Positions 62,899 to 64,000 of a stretch of DNA of 64,000 bases are shown here, piece after piece. Source of the stretch: Bacillota bacterium (GTDB lineage: Bacteria; Bacillota; Sulfobacillia; JAUYEF01); contig JAUYEF010000221.1 of assembly GCA_030691635.1 (NCBI GenBank), forward strand, positions 13,929 through 77,928. The letters are read 5' to 3'. How positions within the stretch are numbered: position 1 is the stretch's first letter; each line of letters opens with the position of its first letter. Made by a program: the position numbers and the translations under genes. The notes under the pieces are model-generated. The model saw nothing but the letters and a program-made list of their open reading frames with translations, had not been told where the DNA came from and ran no database searches.

Positions 62899-63909
62899 GT
62901 GGGCTGGTTGAACATTGCAGGGCAGCGCCGACGTTGGACGACGGGCCTCGCATGCCTCTTGACCGTAGGAGTCGCTCTGGTGTGGTCAGTCCTGGTTGAA
63001 CCCGGGCCGCGGCACAGCTGGCAAGCCTCCACCGTCCCCCCCGTTCTCGTGTCCAGCAAGGAGAGGCTGGCGGGCCCGACTTGCGATGATGACAGGGACC
63101 TCTACCTGTGCGATCCCCATCTGGCCGGCGACGACGTGTACGAATTGCAGGCAAGGCTTCTTGAGCTGGGCTTCTACTCAGGTCGTCTCAACTCCACGTA
63201 CGACCTTCCCACAGCCGATGCCGTAAGGTCTTTCCAGCGCAGCAAGGGCCTGGCGGCTTCGGGCCGGATGACATCACATCTATGGTACATGCTCGGAGAA
63301 GGGCCGGTAGTGCGGGCGGGTCCGGCGGCATCAAAGCCGGCGGGCGAGATATCCCTTGAGATAGACACAAGGAAACTCACGCTGACTGTGCTTGTGGACG
63401 GGGTCCCTTACAAGAAGTACCCGGTCGCCATAGGCAAGGCGACGACGGCCACACCCACCGGTGAGTTCATGGTGAAGAACAAGCGTATGGAGCCCGGGGG
63501 GCCTTTTGGGGCGTGCTGGATGGGACTCAACATACCCTGGGGCACGTACGGCGTCCACGGCACCAACAGGCCCTACTCGATAGGCACCATGGCATCCAAG
63601 GGCTGCATAAGGATGTTCAACCAGCACGTGTCCGAGGTATTCCCATGGGTGAGCATCGGGACCCGCGTCAAGATCACCGGGGCCGAGCCTCGAGCGGCGA
63701 TGTCGAGGACGTTGAAGAAAGGCGACGCGGGCACAGATGTTCAGTACCTGCAGTTCAGGGTGCGACTCATGGGGTTCGACGCAGGCCCCCTCGACGGGCG
63801 GTTCGGTAAAGACTTGCTTACCTCCATGCTCCAGATCCAGAAGTTCTACGGCTTGCCCGTGACCGGTGTGGCCGGGCCCAACGAGTTTCACATCCTGGGC
63901 ATCAAGTAG
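62899..63909 (+). CDS. L,D-transpeptidase (YkuD domain) flanked by peptidoglycan-binding domains
   Basis: Signal anchor, PG_binding_1 (GDDVYELQARLLELGFYSGRLNSTYDLPTADAVRSFQ), the YkuD catalytic block (VHGTNRPYSIGTMASKGCIRM), and a second PG_binding_1 (GTDVQYLQFRVRLMGFDAGPLDGRFG). Confidence 0.85.
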   Translation: MGWLNIAGQRRRWTTGLACLLTVGVALVWSVLVEPGPRHSWQASTVPPVLVSSKERLAGPTCDDDRDLYLCDPHLAGDDVYELQARLLELGFYSGRLNSTYDLPTADAVRSFQRSKGLAASGRMTSHLWYMLGEGPVVRAGPAASKPAGEISLEIDTRKLTLTVLVDGVPYKKYPVAIGKATTATPTGEFMVKNKRMEPGGPFGACWMGLNIPWGTYGVHGTNRPYSIGTMASKGCIRMFNQHVSEVFPWVSIGTRVKITGAEPRAAMSRTLKKGDAGTDVQYLQFRVRLMGFDAGPLDGRFGKDLLTSMLQIQKFYGLPVTGVAGPNEFHILGIK

Positions 63910-63927
63910 GCGCTTGGGGGAATCCGC

Positions 63928-64000
63928 ATGCGAAAGGCGTTGAGAGTACTGATCGCAGCGATGCTGCTGGTCGCCATTTCCGGCACAATCGTCTACCTGC
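63928..64000 (+). CDS. start of an ORF with an N-terminal signal/TM segment; truncated by the window end
   Basis: ATG 63928 translates as MRKALRVLIAAMLLVAISGTIVYL... and is open to the window end. There is too little sequence to name it. Confidence 0.3.
   Translation, partial: MRKALRVLIAAMLLVAISGTIVYL

Overview
This is 64 kb of a high-GC chromosome with Bacillota (Firmicutes)-type gene order. From about 47.9 kb down to base 1 nearly everything is on the minus strand, in the classic arrangement dprA-topA-trmFO-xerC-hslVU-codY, then a 27-gene, roughly 21 kb flagellar operon (flgB to sigD, a fapA-like gene and a small tail-anchored ORF), then rpsB-tsf-pyrH-frr-uppS-cdsA-(AI-2E permease)-dxr-rseP. 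Upstream of dprA on the same strand lie a GH18 peptidoglycan hydrolase, a pair of ABC exporters, bcd-etfBA and selA. From 48.2 to 55.2 kb the plus strand carries a Tad/Flp-type pilus operon (tadE-like, tadG-like, cpaB, tadZ/cpaE, tadA/cpaF, tadB, tadC). After it come a frameshifted polyferredoxin gene, udk, a SIMPL protein, comM, and a plus-strand group of mostly envelope genes (an unassigned ORF, FxLYD protein, MFS transporter, zinc-ribbon protein, L,D-transpeptidase). The most notable result is two closely related class-I c-di-GMP (GEMM-I) riboswitch aptamers that no ORF explains. One is on the minus strand in the flgB leader (about 28.83-28.93 kb) and is followed by a terminator-like hairpin. 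The other is on the plus strand in the tad operon leader (about 48.19-48.28 kb). This suggests RNA-level, probably reciprocal, c-di-GMP control of swimming versus pilus-mediated adhesion. Secondary observations:
- a sigma-28-like promoter upstream of the tad riboswitch;
- no flp pilin or prepilin peptidase in the tad locus;
- no flhF, flhG or che genes in the flagellar operon;
- a translationally coupled PASTA mini-ORF after frr;
- a one-base frameshift in a polyferredoxin gene;
- short tandem intergenic repeats that share a motif between two loci.
All calls come from reading the supplied translations and sequence by eye. No searches were run, so start codons and RNA boundaries are approximate. 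Many long ORFs in the track are antisense or alternate-frame shadow ORFs typical of high-GC DNA and were ignored.
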